Assembly (NCBI GenBank): GCA_051382335.1
Contig: JBBCAX010000287.1
Span: 1-59,255 of the forward strand
Direction of reading: 5' to 3'
From: Deltaproteobacteria bacterium TL4
GTDB lineage: Bacteria > SAR324 > NAC60-12
Length of the DNA stretch: 59,255 bases
Position numbers and translations under genes: made by a program
Notes under the pieces: model-generated
Seen by the model: the letters and a program-made list of their open reading frames with translations, nothing else
The model's database searches: none
What the model was told of the DNA's origin: nothing
Shown: in pieces, positions 21,018-29,458 of the stretch
Layout: the number at the start of each line of letters is the position of its first letter
How positions within the stretch are numbered: position 1 is the stretch's first letter

Positions 21018-21130
21018 TTGTTGGGTTTCGCTTACGCTCTACCCAACCTACTTAACTTGTTGGGTTTCGCTTACGCTCTACCCAACCTACTTAACTTGTT
21101 GGGTTTCGCTTACGCTCTACCCAACCTACT
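21018..21130 (-). repeat. Tandem array of three REP units, 39-bp period, inverted relative to the upstream array
   Basis: TTGTTGGGTTTCGCTTACGCTCTACCCAACCTACTTAAC starts at 21018, 21057 and 21096. Confidence 0.95.
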
Positions 21131-21146
21131 ACTCAAATGGATTATT

Positions 21147-24125
21147 ATGCTTAACCCCTTCCAATGGAAAGACCGCCCCGCCTTGATTGAACACCTCTTT
21201 CCGGTTCAGAAACTTTCTGCGGAAAGCTACAAGGAGCAAATGGCAAATCAGGGGAAAACCCTCACCGCCTTGGGGAGTTACTGGAAGGGCAGAAAACCCC
21301 TCATTCTCAACAAAGCCTGCCTTTTGGGCTGTCTCCTTCCTGCCACCGAGAATCCTCTCAAAGACCTGGAAATCTTTGAAATGCTCATGGGGATGGACAA
21401 AGAATCCCTCCAATTGCGCCTTGAGGACAAAAATGACAAAGCGAGTCGATTCTTTCTGGCAGAGGAAAAAGAAGTGGCAAGACAGGTTCCCTATAACGAA
21501 TGGGTAAGAGCCGCTTCCCGACCTGAAGAATGTGGAGACTCCCTGTTTGCTCACATTTGGGAACGAGTCAATGCTCACCTGGGAACCTCTGTCTCCTCCT
21601 TTCCTGAACTCGTCGAACAAATGGGCATCGCCCGTTTTGGTCATCGTCCACGGGTAGCGGATGTTTTTTGCGGCAGTGGACAAATTCCTTTTGAAGCGGC
21701 TCGGCTCGGTTGTGATGTCTATGCCTCCGATCTTAACCCTATCGCTTGTCTGCTCACCTGGGGAGCTTTTAACATCGTGGGAGCCAGCAAAGAAAAACGG
21801 AAAGAAATTGACCAGGCTCAGAAGAAACTGGCTGAACAGGTTCAGAAAAAAATCGACACCCTCGGCGTGGAAACGGATGGCAACGGCTGGAGAGCTAAAG
21901 CCTACTTGTATTGTGTCGAAGTCGTTTGCCCTCAAAGCGGATGGAAAGTCCCTCTGATGCCAAGTTTTATTGTGAGTGAAGATCATAAAGCATTGGTTGA
22001 ATTACATCCAAACCCCAAAAATAAGTCCTATGACATTCAAATAGCATTGAATGTATCCCCTGATAGAATGCTAACCGCTAAACAAGGAACCGTGCAGGCT
22101 GGAGATGTGGTTCATTCCACGGATGGCACCACGGTTTACAGTGTGAGTCTCGGAAGCATTCGGGGGGATTATAAAGACGGGAAAGAGAATAAGAACCGCT
22201 TGAGACTGTGGGAAAAATCAGACTTCATTCCACGCCCTGACGACATCTTTCAGGAACGACTCTATTGTGTCCAGTGGATGCGCAAAAAGAAAAACAGCAA
22301 CAGAGATGAATATGAGTTTCGTTCGGTCACGGCTGACGACCTTGTTAGAGAACAAAAGGTCATCGACACTGTGCGGTCTCATCTGGCAGATTGGCAGGAA
22401 CAAGGCTTTGTTCCTGATATGGTGATTGAAAAAGGAGAGGAAACAGAACGACTCTATCGTGAACGAGGCTGGACACATTGGCATCATCTGTTCAATCCAA
22501 GACAGTTGTTGGTGTTGGGACTGATTCGCCGTTTCTCTACGGCAGCTACAGTTCCCGCTTTTTGTCAGGCTGTTCAATATAATAGCAGGTTGAGTATGTG
22601 GCATTCAGGAGCCGGTGGACGTGCTGGAGTTCAGAATGTATTTTCCAATCAAGCGTTAAACACTCTCTTCAATTATGGATCTCGTGGTTTTGGTGGTTTG
22701 ACCTCGATCCTTCAGACTAATTACAAGAGTTTTCCTTTTGATGCGAAGAGTAGAATAGAATCCACACCCGCCCATCAAATTGTTTCTGAAAACGACCTCT
22801 ACATCACCGACCCTCCTTATGGAGACGCCGTCAAGTACGAAGAAATCACCGAGTTTTTCATTGCGTGGCTCCGCAAAAATCCACCTGCCGAGTTTGCGCA
22901 CTGGACTTGGGATAGCCGGCGTTCTTTAGCCATCAAAGGCGAGGATGAAGGCTTCCGGCAGGGGATGGTGGCCGCTTACCGGAAAATGGCGGAGAAGATG
23001 CCGGACAACGGGATTCAGGTGCTGATGTTCACGCACCAGAGTGGTTCGATCTGGGGGGATATGACCAACATCATCTGGGCGAGTGGCCTCCAGGTGACCG
23101 CAGCGTGGTATGTGGTCACCGAAACCGATTCAGCGTTACGACAAGGAGCTAACGTAACAGGCACCATCATTCTCGTTTTACGCAAGCGGCATCAAGACCT
23201 TGAAACCTTCCGGGATGATCTGGCTTGGGAAATTGAGGAAGCGGTCAAAAAACAGGTGGAATCCTTGTTGAGTCTGGATCAAGCAGTTCGTTCTCAGAAT
23301 GTGTCAGCGAAACACGTAGGTTGGGTAGAGGAACGAAACCCAACACTCCCATCCGCTTCGGGCGTAAACGGCAATTCTTTGTTGGGTATCGCTACCGCTC
23401 CACCCAACCTACAGAATGTTCAGACAAATTCTCAAGGCTCGGAAGGGCTTTATACCGACGCCGATTTGCAAATGGCTGGGTATGCCGCCGCTCTCAAGGT
23501 GCTGACAGCTTATTCTACTATTGACGGAAAAAATATGATTACGGAAGCCGAAGCTCCCCGTCAAGCAGGCAAAAAGACCTTTGTGGATGAACTGATTGAT
23601 TTTGCGGTGCTGACGGCAGTGCAATTCCTGGTTCCGGTGGGCTTTGAAAAAGGGGAGTGGCAAAAACTTTCTGCCGTAGAGCGATTCTACCTCAAGATGG
23701 CGGAGATGGAGCATCAGGGCAGCAAAACCCTCGATAACTATGGGAATTTTGCCAAAGCCTTCAAGGTTCGTCATTTCGACCCGTTGATGAGCGATGATTC
23801 CAAAGCCAATTCCGCTCGGCTCAAACTTTCCGGGGAGTTCAAGGGTTCCCTGATGTCAGGAGACTCTGAACTTGCGCCCACCCCGCTCCGTGTGTTACTC
23901 TATGCGTTGTATGAGCTAAACAAGGATACGGATGCGGAGGAGGTGCTGTTGCATCTGATGGAAAACTGCCCCAACTACATGCAGAATAAACCCCTGCTGA
24001 TCAAAATGGCGGACTATCTCGCTGAAAAACGGGCAACTCTCAAACCCACCAAAACATTCCATCCTGACACCGAAGCCAGCGCTGCCCGTATTCTGGCGGA
24101 ATCGCTTCGTAATCAAAAGTTGTAA
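21147..24125 (+). CDS. DUF1156 amino-DNA methyltransferase of RL system
   Basis: GKTLTALGSYWKGRKPL; DVFCGSGQIPFEA (motif I); TDPPY (motif IV). Start set at ATG 21147 because the upstream frame is rayT/REP sequence. Confidence 0.88.
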   Translation: MLNPFQWKDRPALIEHLFPVQKLSAESYKEQMANQGKTLTALGSYWKGRKPLILNKACLLGCLLPATENPLKDLEIFEMLMGMDKESLQLRLEDKNDKASRFFLAEEKEVARQVPYNEWVRAASRPEECGDSLFAHIWERVNAHLGTSVSSFPELVEQMGIARFGHRPRVADVFCGSGQIPFEAARLGCDVYASDLNPIACLLTWGAFNIVGASKEKRKEIDQAQKKLAEQVQKKIDTLGVETDGNGWRAKAYLYCVEVVCPQSGWKVPLMPSFIVSEDHKALVELHPNPKNKSYDIQIALNVSPDRMLTAKQGTVQAGDVVHSTDGTTVYSVSLGSIRGDYKDGKENKNRLRLWEKSDFIPRPDDIFQERLYCVQWMRKKKNSNRDEYEFRSVTADDLVREQKVIDTVRSHLADWQEQGFVPDMVIEKGEETERLYRERGWTHWHHLFNPRQLLVLGLIRRFSTAATVPAFCQAVQYNSRLSMWHSGAGGRAGVQNVFSNQALNTLFNYGSRGFGGLTSILQTNYKSFPFDAKSRIESTPAHQIVSENDLYITDPPYGDAVKYEEITEFFIAWLRKNPPAEFAHWTWDSRRSLAIKGEDEGFRQGMVAAYRKMAEKMPDNGIQVLMFTHQSGSIWGDMTNIIWASGLQVTAAWYVVTETDSALRQGANVTGTIILVLRKRHQDLETFRDDLAWEIEEAVKKQVESLLSLDQAVRSQNVSAKHVGWVEERNPTLPSASGVNGNSLLGIATAPPNLQNVQTNSQGSEGLYTDADLQMAGYAAALKVLTAYSTIDGKNMITEAEAPRQAGKKTFVDELIDFAVLTAVQFLVPVGFEKGEWQKLSAVERFYLKMAEMEHQGSKTLDNYGNFAKAFKVRHFDPLMSDDSKANSARLKLSGEFKGSLMSGDSELAPTPLRVLLYALYELNKDTDAEEVLLHLMENCPNYMQNKPLLIKMADYLAEKRATLKPTKTFHPDTEASAARILAESLRNQKL
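23297..23431. mobile_element. 135-bp MITE-like element with REP doublet inserted in frame in the methyltransferase
   Basis: Ends GAATGTGTC / GACAAATTC (8/9 inverted); TCA on both sides; internal GTAGGTTGGGTAGAG...CCACCCAACCTAC; 135+3 = 138 bp = 46 codons. Confidence 0.75.
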
Positions 24126-24164
24126 GGGAGACTAACTTTTTAACCATTTGACGCTAGGAGTTCT

Positions 24165-24389
24165 ATGTTACAAACCGTGGAAGCCATCGTGGATGTGGAG
24201 GGTCGTATCCAATTACTGGAACCGCTCCATCCTGAACAACCCATGCAAGCCATCGTAACTTTGCTGAAACCCGTCGAGGAAAAGAAACGTAAATCATTAA
24301 AAGATTGTATTGGTTCCTTAAAAAACTCTTCAATCTTTGAAGGCGATCCACTGGTTCTTCAAAAGGAGATCAGAGATGAATGGCACTGA
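24165..24389 (+). CDS. Putative antitoxin (VapB-like)
   Basis: 74 aa ending EIRDEWH; RBS AGGAG; overlaps the PIN gene start. Confidence 0.7.
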   Translation: MLQTVEAIVDVEGRIQLLEPLHPEQPMQAIVTLLKPVEEKKRKSLKDCIGSLKNSSIFEGDPLVLQKEIRDEWH

Positions 24390-24756
24390 ATATTTGCTGG
24401 ATACCAATATCGTTATCGGACTTTTGAAAGAACACCCCACTACAATGGAGTTATTGCGTCAATTTCCCGGTATCCTTGAGGGAATCTCAATCAGTCAGAT
24501 CACACGGATGGAACTGTTAAGTTTTCCCGAGATACGGGCTACAGAAGAACAGCAGATTTTACGGTTCATCGAGAATTGTACCGTTTTGACGTTAAACTAT
24601 GGGATTGAGATAAAAACCATTGAATTACGTCGAAAATATCGTTTGAAGTTGCCGGATACAATTATTCTGGCAACGGCTGTGGTTCATCATCAAGTGTTGA
24701 TCACTCTGGATCAACAACTTAACGCCATTTTTAATCAATTATGGACAATTACATGA
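24376..24756 (+). CDS. vapC: PIN-domain toxin, VapC family
   Basis: YLLDTNIVI, SISQITRMELL, KLPDTIILATA and LITLD. Confidence 0.88.
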   Translation: MNGTEYLLDTNIVIGLLKEHPTTMELLRQFPGILEGISISQITRMELLSFPEIRATEEQQILRFIENCTVLTLNYGIEIKTIELRRKYRLKLPDTIILATAVVHHQVLITLDQQLNAIFNQLWTIT

Positions 24757-25940
24757 AAATCGAAGCCATCCGTTTGAAAAATTTTAAGGCGTTTCGAGAA
24801 GCTGAAATGAGCGACATTCCAGATTTTTGTGTGGTTGTTGGAGCAAACGGAACAGGGAAAAGCAGTCTATTTAACATTTTTGGTTTTTTGAAAGATGCCC
24901 TGACCAGCAATGTCAATATCGCCTTGATCAAGCAAGGGGGAAACCGGGGATTTGAAGAAGTTCGCAGTCGGAACAGCCAAGGGGCTATAGAAATTGAAAT
25001 CAAGTTCAGGGAAAAACCGGGGAGTCCCTTAATCACGTATTTTCTCCAGATCAATCAAAGGAAGGGAAAGGCCTATGTTGAAAGAGAAGTGCTGAAATAT
25101 CGGAGAGGCAGCGGGGGGCAACCGTGGCATTTTCTGGATTTCAGCGAAGGTCAGGGAAGCGCAGTGACCAACGAAGTAGACTCCGTGAAGGATGTCAGGG
25201 ATTTGAAACGGGAAACACAACCCTTGAAATCGGCAGATATTCTGGCCATTAAGGGACTCGCCCAGTTTGAAAGGTTTCCCGCCGTAGTGGCTTTGGGCAA
25301 TTTGATTGAAAACTGGCATATTTCAGATTTTCATATCAGCAAAACCCGTCCTGAACAGGAAGCCGGATACGCAGAACATTTGTCCCGTGAGGGCGAAAAC
25401 CTTTCCCTGGTGATCCAATATCTTTATCAATATCACCCTGATACGTTTAAGGCGATCATTGACCGCTTACAGCATCGTATTCCGGGTCTCTCGAATGTCG
25501 ATTCCAAAACAACCGAAGAAGGCAGGGTTCTGCTAAAATTTCATGATGGCGCGTTTGAAGATCCTTTTCTGGCTCGGTATGTTTCGGATGGAACGATCAA
25601 AATGCTCGCCTATTTGACGTTGCTTTATGACCCTGTGCCTCATCCTTTACTTTGTGTGGAGGAACCTGAAAATCAACTTTATCCCAAACTCCTCTGGGAG
25701 CTTGCGGAAGAATTCAGATCCTATTCGAATCGTGGAGGACAGGTTTTTGTGTCCACGCATTCCCCCGACTTCCTCAACGCAGTGAAACTGGAGGAGGTGT
25801 TCTGGTTGGAAAAGCGTCAGGGTTATACAAAAATTTTGAGGGCAAAGGATCAGGAACAGATCGCAACCTATATGCAGGAAGGGGATCAGATGGGATATTT
25901 ATGGAAACAAGGTTTATTTGGAGAGGTGGATCCCCGATGA
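24753..25940 (+). CDS. ABC/SMC-like ATPase (AAA_21/AAA_15 type)
   Basis: LKNFKAF, GANGTGKS, VSDGT signature, LCVEEPEN and VSTHS H-loop; ATGA overlap with vapC. Confidence 0.88.
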   Translation: MKIEAIRLKNFKAFREAEMSDIPDFCVVVGANGTGKSSLFNIFGFLKDALTSNVNIALIKQGGNRGFEEVRSRNSQGAIEIEIKFREKPGSPLITYFLQINQRKGKAYVEREVLKYRRGSGGQPWHFLDFSEGQGSAVTNEVDSVKDVRDLKRETQPLKSADILAIKGLAQFERFPAVVALGNLIENWHISDFHISKTRPEQEAGYAEHLSREGENLSLVIQYLYQYHPDTFKAIIDRLQHRIPGLSNVDSKTTEEGRVLLKFHDGAFEDPFLARYVSDGTIKMLAYLTLLYDPVPHPLLCVEEPENQLYPKLLWELAEEFRSYSNRGGQVFVSTHSPDFLNAVKLEEVFWLEKRQGYTKILRAKDQEQIATYMQEGDQMGYLWKQGLFGEVDPR

Positions 25941-26503
25941 AGTATTTAGTCTGTCTCCTGGAAGAACCTTCTGCCGCGGAAATGCTGACAGGAGTTCTAA
26001 AGCGTGTGGTGTCTGAGGAGATCCATATCCAAATGATGGTCTTTGAAGGGAAACAGGATCTGGAGAAACAACTGGAGCGAAAATTAAAGCATTGGAATCG
26101 TCCAAACTCTTTGTTTCTGGTACTACGAGACCAGGACTCAGGAGATTGTTACCAGATCAAGCAATCCTTACTCCACAAAGTCCAGGCGAGTGGAAAGGAA
26201 AGCAAAACCTTGATTCGAATTGCCTGTCATGAACTGGAAAGTTTTTATCTGGGAGACCTGGTTGCAGTGGAAAAGGGACTGTCCCTTCCAAACTTACCCA
26301 GATACCAAACTCAGCAAAAGTATAGAGAACCGGACACCCTCGCCAATGCTGCTGAGGAGCTTTGCAAACTGACAAAAAATCGTTATCAAAAGGTGTCCGT
26401 TTCCCGATCTATCGCACCTTATCTGAACCTTGAGAAGCATAACCGTTCAGTCAGTTTCAATACCTTACTGACGGGAATCCTGAAACTGATGGATGGAGAT
26501 TGA
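25937..26503 (+). CDS. DUF4276-like protein (predicted TOPRIM-related partner of the ATPase)
   Basis: LLEEPS, FEGKQDL, LRDQD (DxD), HELESFYLGD and NRSVSF motifs; ATGA overlap with the ATPase. Confidence 0.7.
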   Translation: MKYLVCLLEEPSAAEMLTGVLKRVVSEEIHIQMMVFEGKQDLEKQLERKLKHWNRPNSLFLVLRDQDSGDCYQIKQSLLHKVQASGKESKTLIRIACHELESFYLGDLVAVEKGLSLPNLPRYQTQQKYREPDTLANAAEELCKLTKNRYQKVSVSRSIAPYLNLEKHNRSVSFNTLLTGILKLMDGD

Positions 26504-26506
26504 AAT

Positions 26507-28784
26507 ATGACGCTCCGCCGTTTTTCCTCCCGCACCGAGCGGTTAGACACCGAATTTCTGGCAAAATCCCTGAAGGGAGCTGTGAAATATTTCCGTATTG
26601 CGGGATACTTCCGCAGCTCCATCTTTGAGTTGGTCGGGGAAGAGATTGCCCAGATTCCAGAGGTGAAGATCGTCTGTAACTCTGAACTGGATCATGTCGA
26701 TTTTCAGGTAGCCACAGGTCGGAATACGGCGCTCAAGGAACGTTGGAACAAAGTGGATGTGGAAGCCGAGGCTCTGCTCAAAAAAGACCGGTATCAGCTT
26801 CTTGACCAGCTTCTGCGCTCAGGCAATGTAGAGATTCGGGTCGTTCCCAAAGAGAGGTTGTTTCTTCATGGGAAAGCAGGTTCCATCCACTATCCTGACG
26901 GCAGTCGCAAAGCCTTCATTGGCTCGGTCAATGAATCCAAAAGCGCCTTTGCTCACAACTATGAACTGGTCTGGGAAGATGATGAGGAACCCAGCGCGGA
27001 TTGGGTGGAAAAAGAGTTTTGGGAACTCTGGAAAGAAGACGTCCCGCTTCCTGAAGCGATTTTAGCCGAAATCAACCGGGTCGCGAATCGTCGGGAAATC
27101 ACGCTGTCGATTCTTAAACCGGCTGAGGTTCCAGCGGCAGCGCTGGCTGAGGCTCCCCTATCGGGGAGGGGAACAGCTTCAACCCTGGCAGCGATCCTTT
27201 GTGACCCTGTTTCTGGAACATCGGGAACTCTACGGCAAAGCACGTCTCCTTCTGGCGGATGAAGTCGGTGTGGGAAAAACCCTCTCGATGGCCACCAGCG
27301 CACTGGTGAGCGCCCTGCTGGAAGATGGTCCGGTTCTGATTCTGACTCCTTCCACCCTCACTCTGCAATGGCAGATTGAAATGAAGGACAAGCTGGGAAT
27401 CCCTAGCGCTGTCTGGTCTTCCCAAAAGAAAGTATGGATCGGGGTGGAAGGGCAGATTCTCTCTCCCAAAGGTGAAAATTTTATTTCAAAATGTCCCTAT
27501 CGTATTGCCCTTATCTCCACCGGTCTGATCCTGCATCAACGAGAAAATGAGGATTTTGTGAAAGAGGCAGGAATCCTTCTGAAGCATCGGTTTGGAACGG
27601 TCATTCTGGATGAAGCTCATAAAGCCAGGGTCAGGGGAGGACTGGGAGAGAACGCAAATCAGCCGAATAACCTGCTGGCTTTTATGCAGCAAATCGGAAA
27701 ACGGACAAAACATCTGATTCTGGGAACAGCCACGCCGATTCAGACCCAAGTACGGGAATTATGGGATTTGCTGGGCATTCTCAACTCTGGAGCGGAGTTT
27801 GTGTTGGGAGATTCGATTTCTCCCTGGAGAGACCCCGAACAGTCCATTCCCCTGGTCACTGGTCATATTCTGCCAACCACGGAATCCGAAGCCTGGCGCT
27901 GGTTGAATAATCCGCTTCCTCCGGGAAAGGAACATCACACGATTCAAAATATCCGAGACCATCTGAACCTTAAACCCACCGAGTTTTACTGTGCGCACCG
28001 GTTTGAGGATCTCGATTTTCTGGTGCAGAGTATGTGGCTTTCGGAATGCCTTGCCCCCGACTTCTTTCAACTTAACAACCCTGTCCTTCGACACACCGTC
28101 CTCCGCAAACGCAAACAACTGGAAGAGGATGGACTCCTGGAAAAAGTCGGAGTCAACACCCACCCGATCCCCCAAAAAAGCACTCTCTATCAATCACGCT
28201 TTGTAGGGCTGGGGATTCCCACCAACACCCCCTTTGAGGTGGCCTATCAAAAAGCGGAAGAGTTCAGTAAGTTGCTTCAAGTGCGTACCCAAGCCGGGGG
28301 CTTTATGAAATCGTTGATGTTGCAGCGGATTTGTTCCAGCTTTGCCTCAGGTCTTAAAACCGCACGGACTATGTTAAAACATTCCATCTCCAACGAAGAC
28401 GAAGACCCCGTGGAAAAAGTGGAACATATCCTCTCAGAAATGACACCTGAGGAGGTAGCCTGCCTTCGTGAAATTGAGACTCAGCTTTCCCGTCCTGAAG
28501 CCGTAGATTCCAAACTGGATACCGTGAAGTGGTTTCTGACCGAGTTCCAGACCGAGCGTAAAACCTGGCTGGAGCACGGATGTATCATTTTCAGTCAGTA
28601 TTACGATACGGTCGAGTGGATCGCCAAAGAACTCGCCAAAGTGTTCAAGGGGGAAGTGATTGCCATTTATGCGGGAGTGGGCAAAAGCGGACTTTATATA
28701 TCTCACGTTACGCATTTTTTAAAATTCCCGTCCCGCCAGAGACAACCAATTTTAGCCCAGCCATTTATGACTGGGAACAGATAG
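26507..28784 (+). pseudogene. PLD-nuclease + SNF2 helicase of RL system, frameshifted and C-terminally truncated
   Basis: LHGKAG...IGSVNES (PLD-like); frameshift near 27157; ADEVGVGKT, LDEAH, TATP and IIFSQY; helicase-like sequence stops near 28698, and motifs V/VI are not seen. Confidence 0.85.
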
Positions 28785-28912
28785 AACTGAAATTCAGAGT
28801 CCCGTAAGAACGACAGGTTTGTATCGCCCCTATGGGGCTCAAAAGAGAGAGGCTATTTCTTGACCCAGCGATAAATCGCTGGGCTAAAATCTTTCATCCA
28901 TCCCTAACGGGA
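28726..28912. repeat. REP-like inverted-repeat element at the helicase truncation point
   Basis: ATTTTAGCCCAGCCATTTATGACTGGG (28749-28775) vs CCCAGCGATAAATCGCTGGGCTAAAAT (28864-28890), 24/27 inverted match. Confidence 0.7.
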
Positions 28913-28944
28913 TATTTGGCTTTCAGGTTCACTCCACTTGGTTC

Positions 28945-29080
28945 GTATGTCGTGTCAGCTTTGGCAGCGGCTTATGACTCTGCGGCAAGTTGATTCAACA
29001 CGCTCTGGATGACGCGACTCAGGAAGTTGGCCGTGCGGAAGTGAGCATCACATCCATCAATCTGGAATCAAATGAAATTT
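28945..29080 (+). pseudogene. Diverged duplicate fragment of the DUF499 gene (cf. 17735-17872)
   Basis: GCGGCTTATGACTCTG...GGATGACGCGACTCAGGAAGTTGGCCGTGC...AATCTGGAATC shared, with substitutions and small indels. Confidence 0.85.
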
Positions 29081-29458
29081 TAATTTAACCATTCTGAAAC
29101 ACTATATTTTAAGCTAATGATGGGCTCGGTGGTGGACCATGTGGTTAAATATGCGTTGGTGCCCGTAATTGTGGTGAAAAACAAACAGTACAAAAAACTG
29201 ATCCAGGAAGAGCCGCATTAAAAATTTCTGTTTTTTTAAGATAACCCAACGAAGTTTCAAGGGGGCGGATGACCGAGTCTGTAATTTCATAAATTTAAAC
29301 AGTAGACAACTTGATTTTTTTTTGTTTAAGAAATGAGTAGGGAGGAGACTCATTGTGAAGTGCTCTGTATTTTGTGAGCTGATAACGGTTGTTTCCAGAA
29401 AATACGTTATGTTCCACCTCTCTTTTTCTACTTGAACTCCTCAGTTTAAAAGGTATTT

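Larger units (their letters stand above)
16970..29093. other. Anti-phage defence island bounded by 15-bp direct repeat TTTAATTTAACCATT
   Basis: Repeat at 16970-16984 and 29079-29093 brackets only defence/mobile genes; housekeeping genes lie outside. Confidence 0.6.

Noticed and set aside
20823..21146. N-terminal extension of the 1100-aa ORF
   Set aside because: Overlaps rayT out of frame and reads through 39-bp REP repeats; methyltransferase-like sequence starts at 21147
29114..29353. 79-aa minus-strand ORF
   Set aside because: No recognisable motif; lies in the AT-rich region upstream of pfkA
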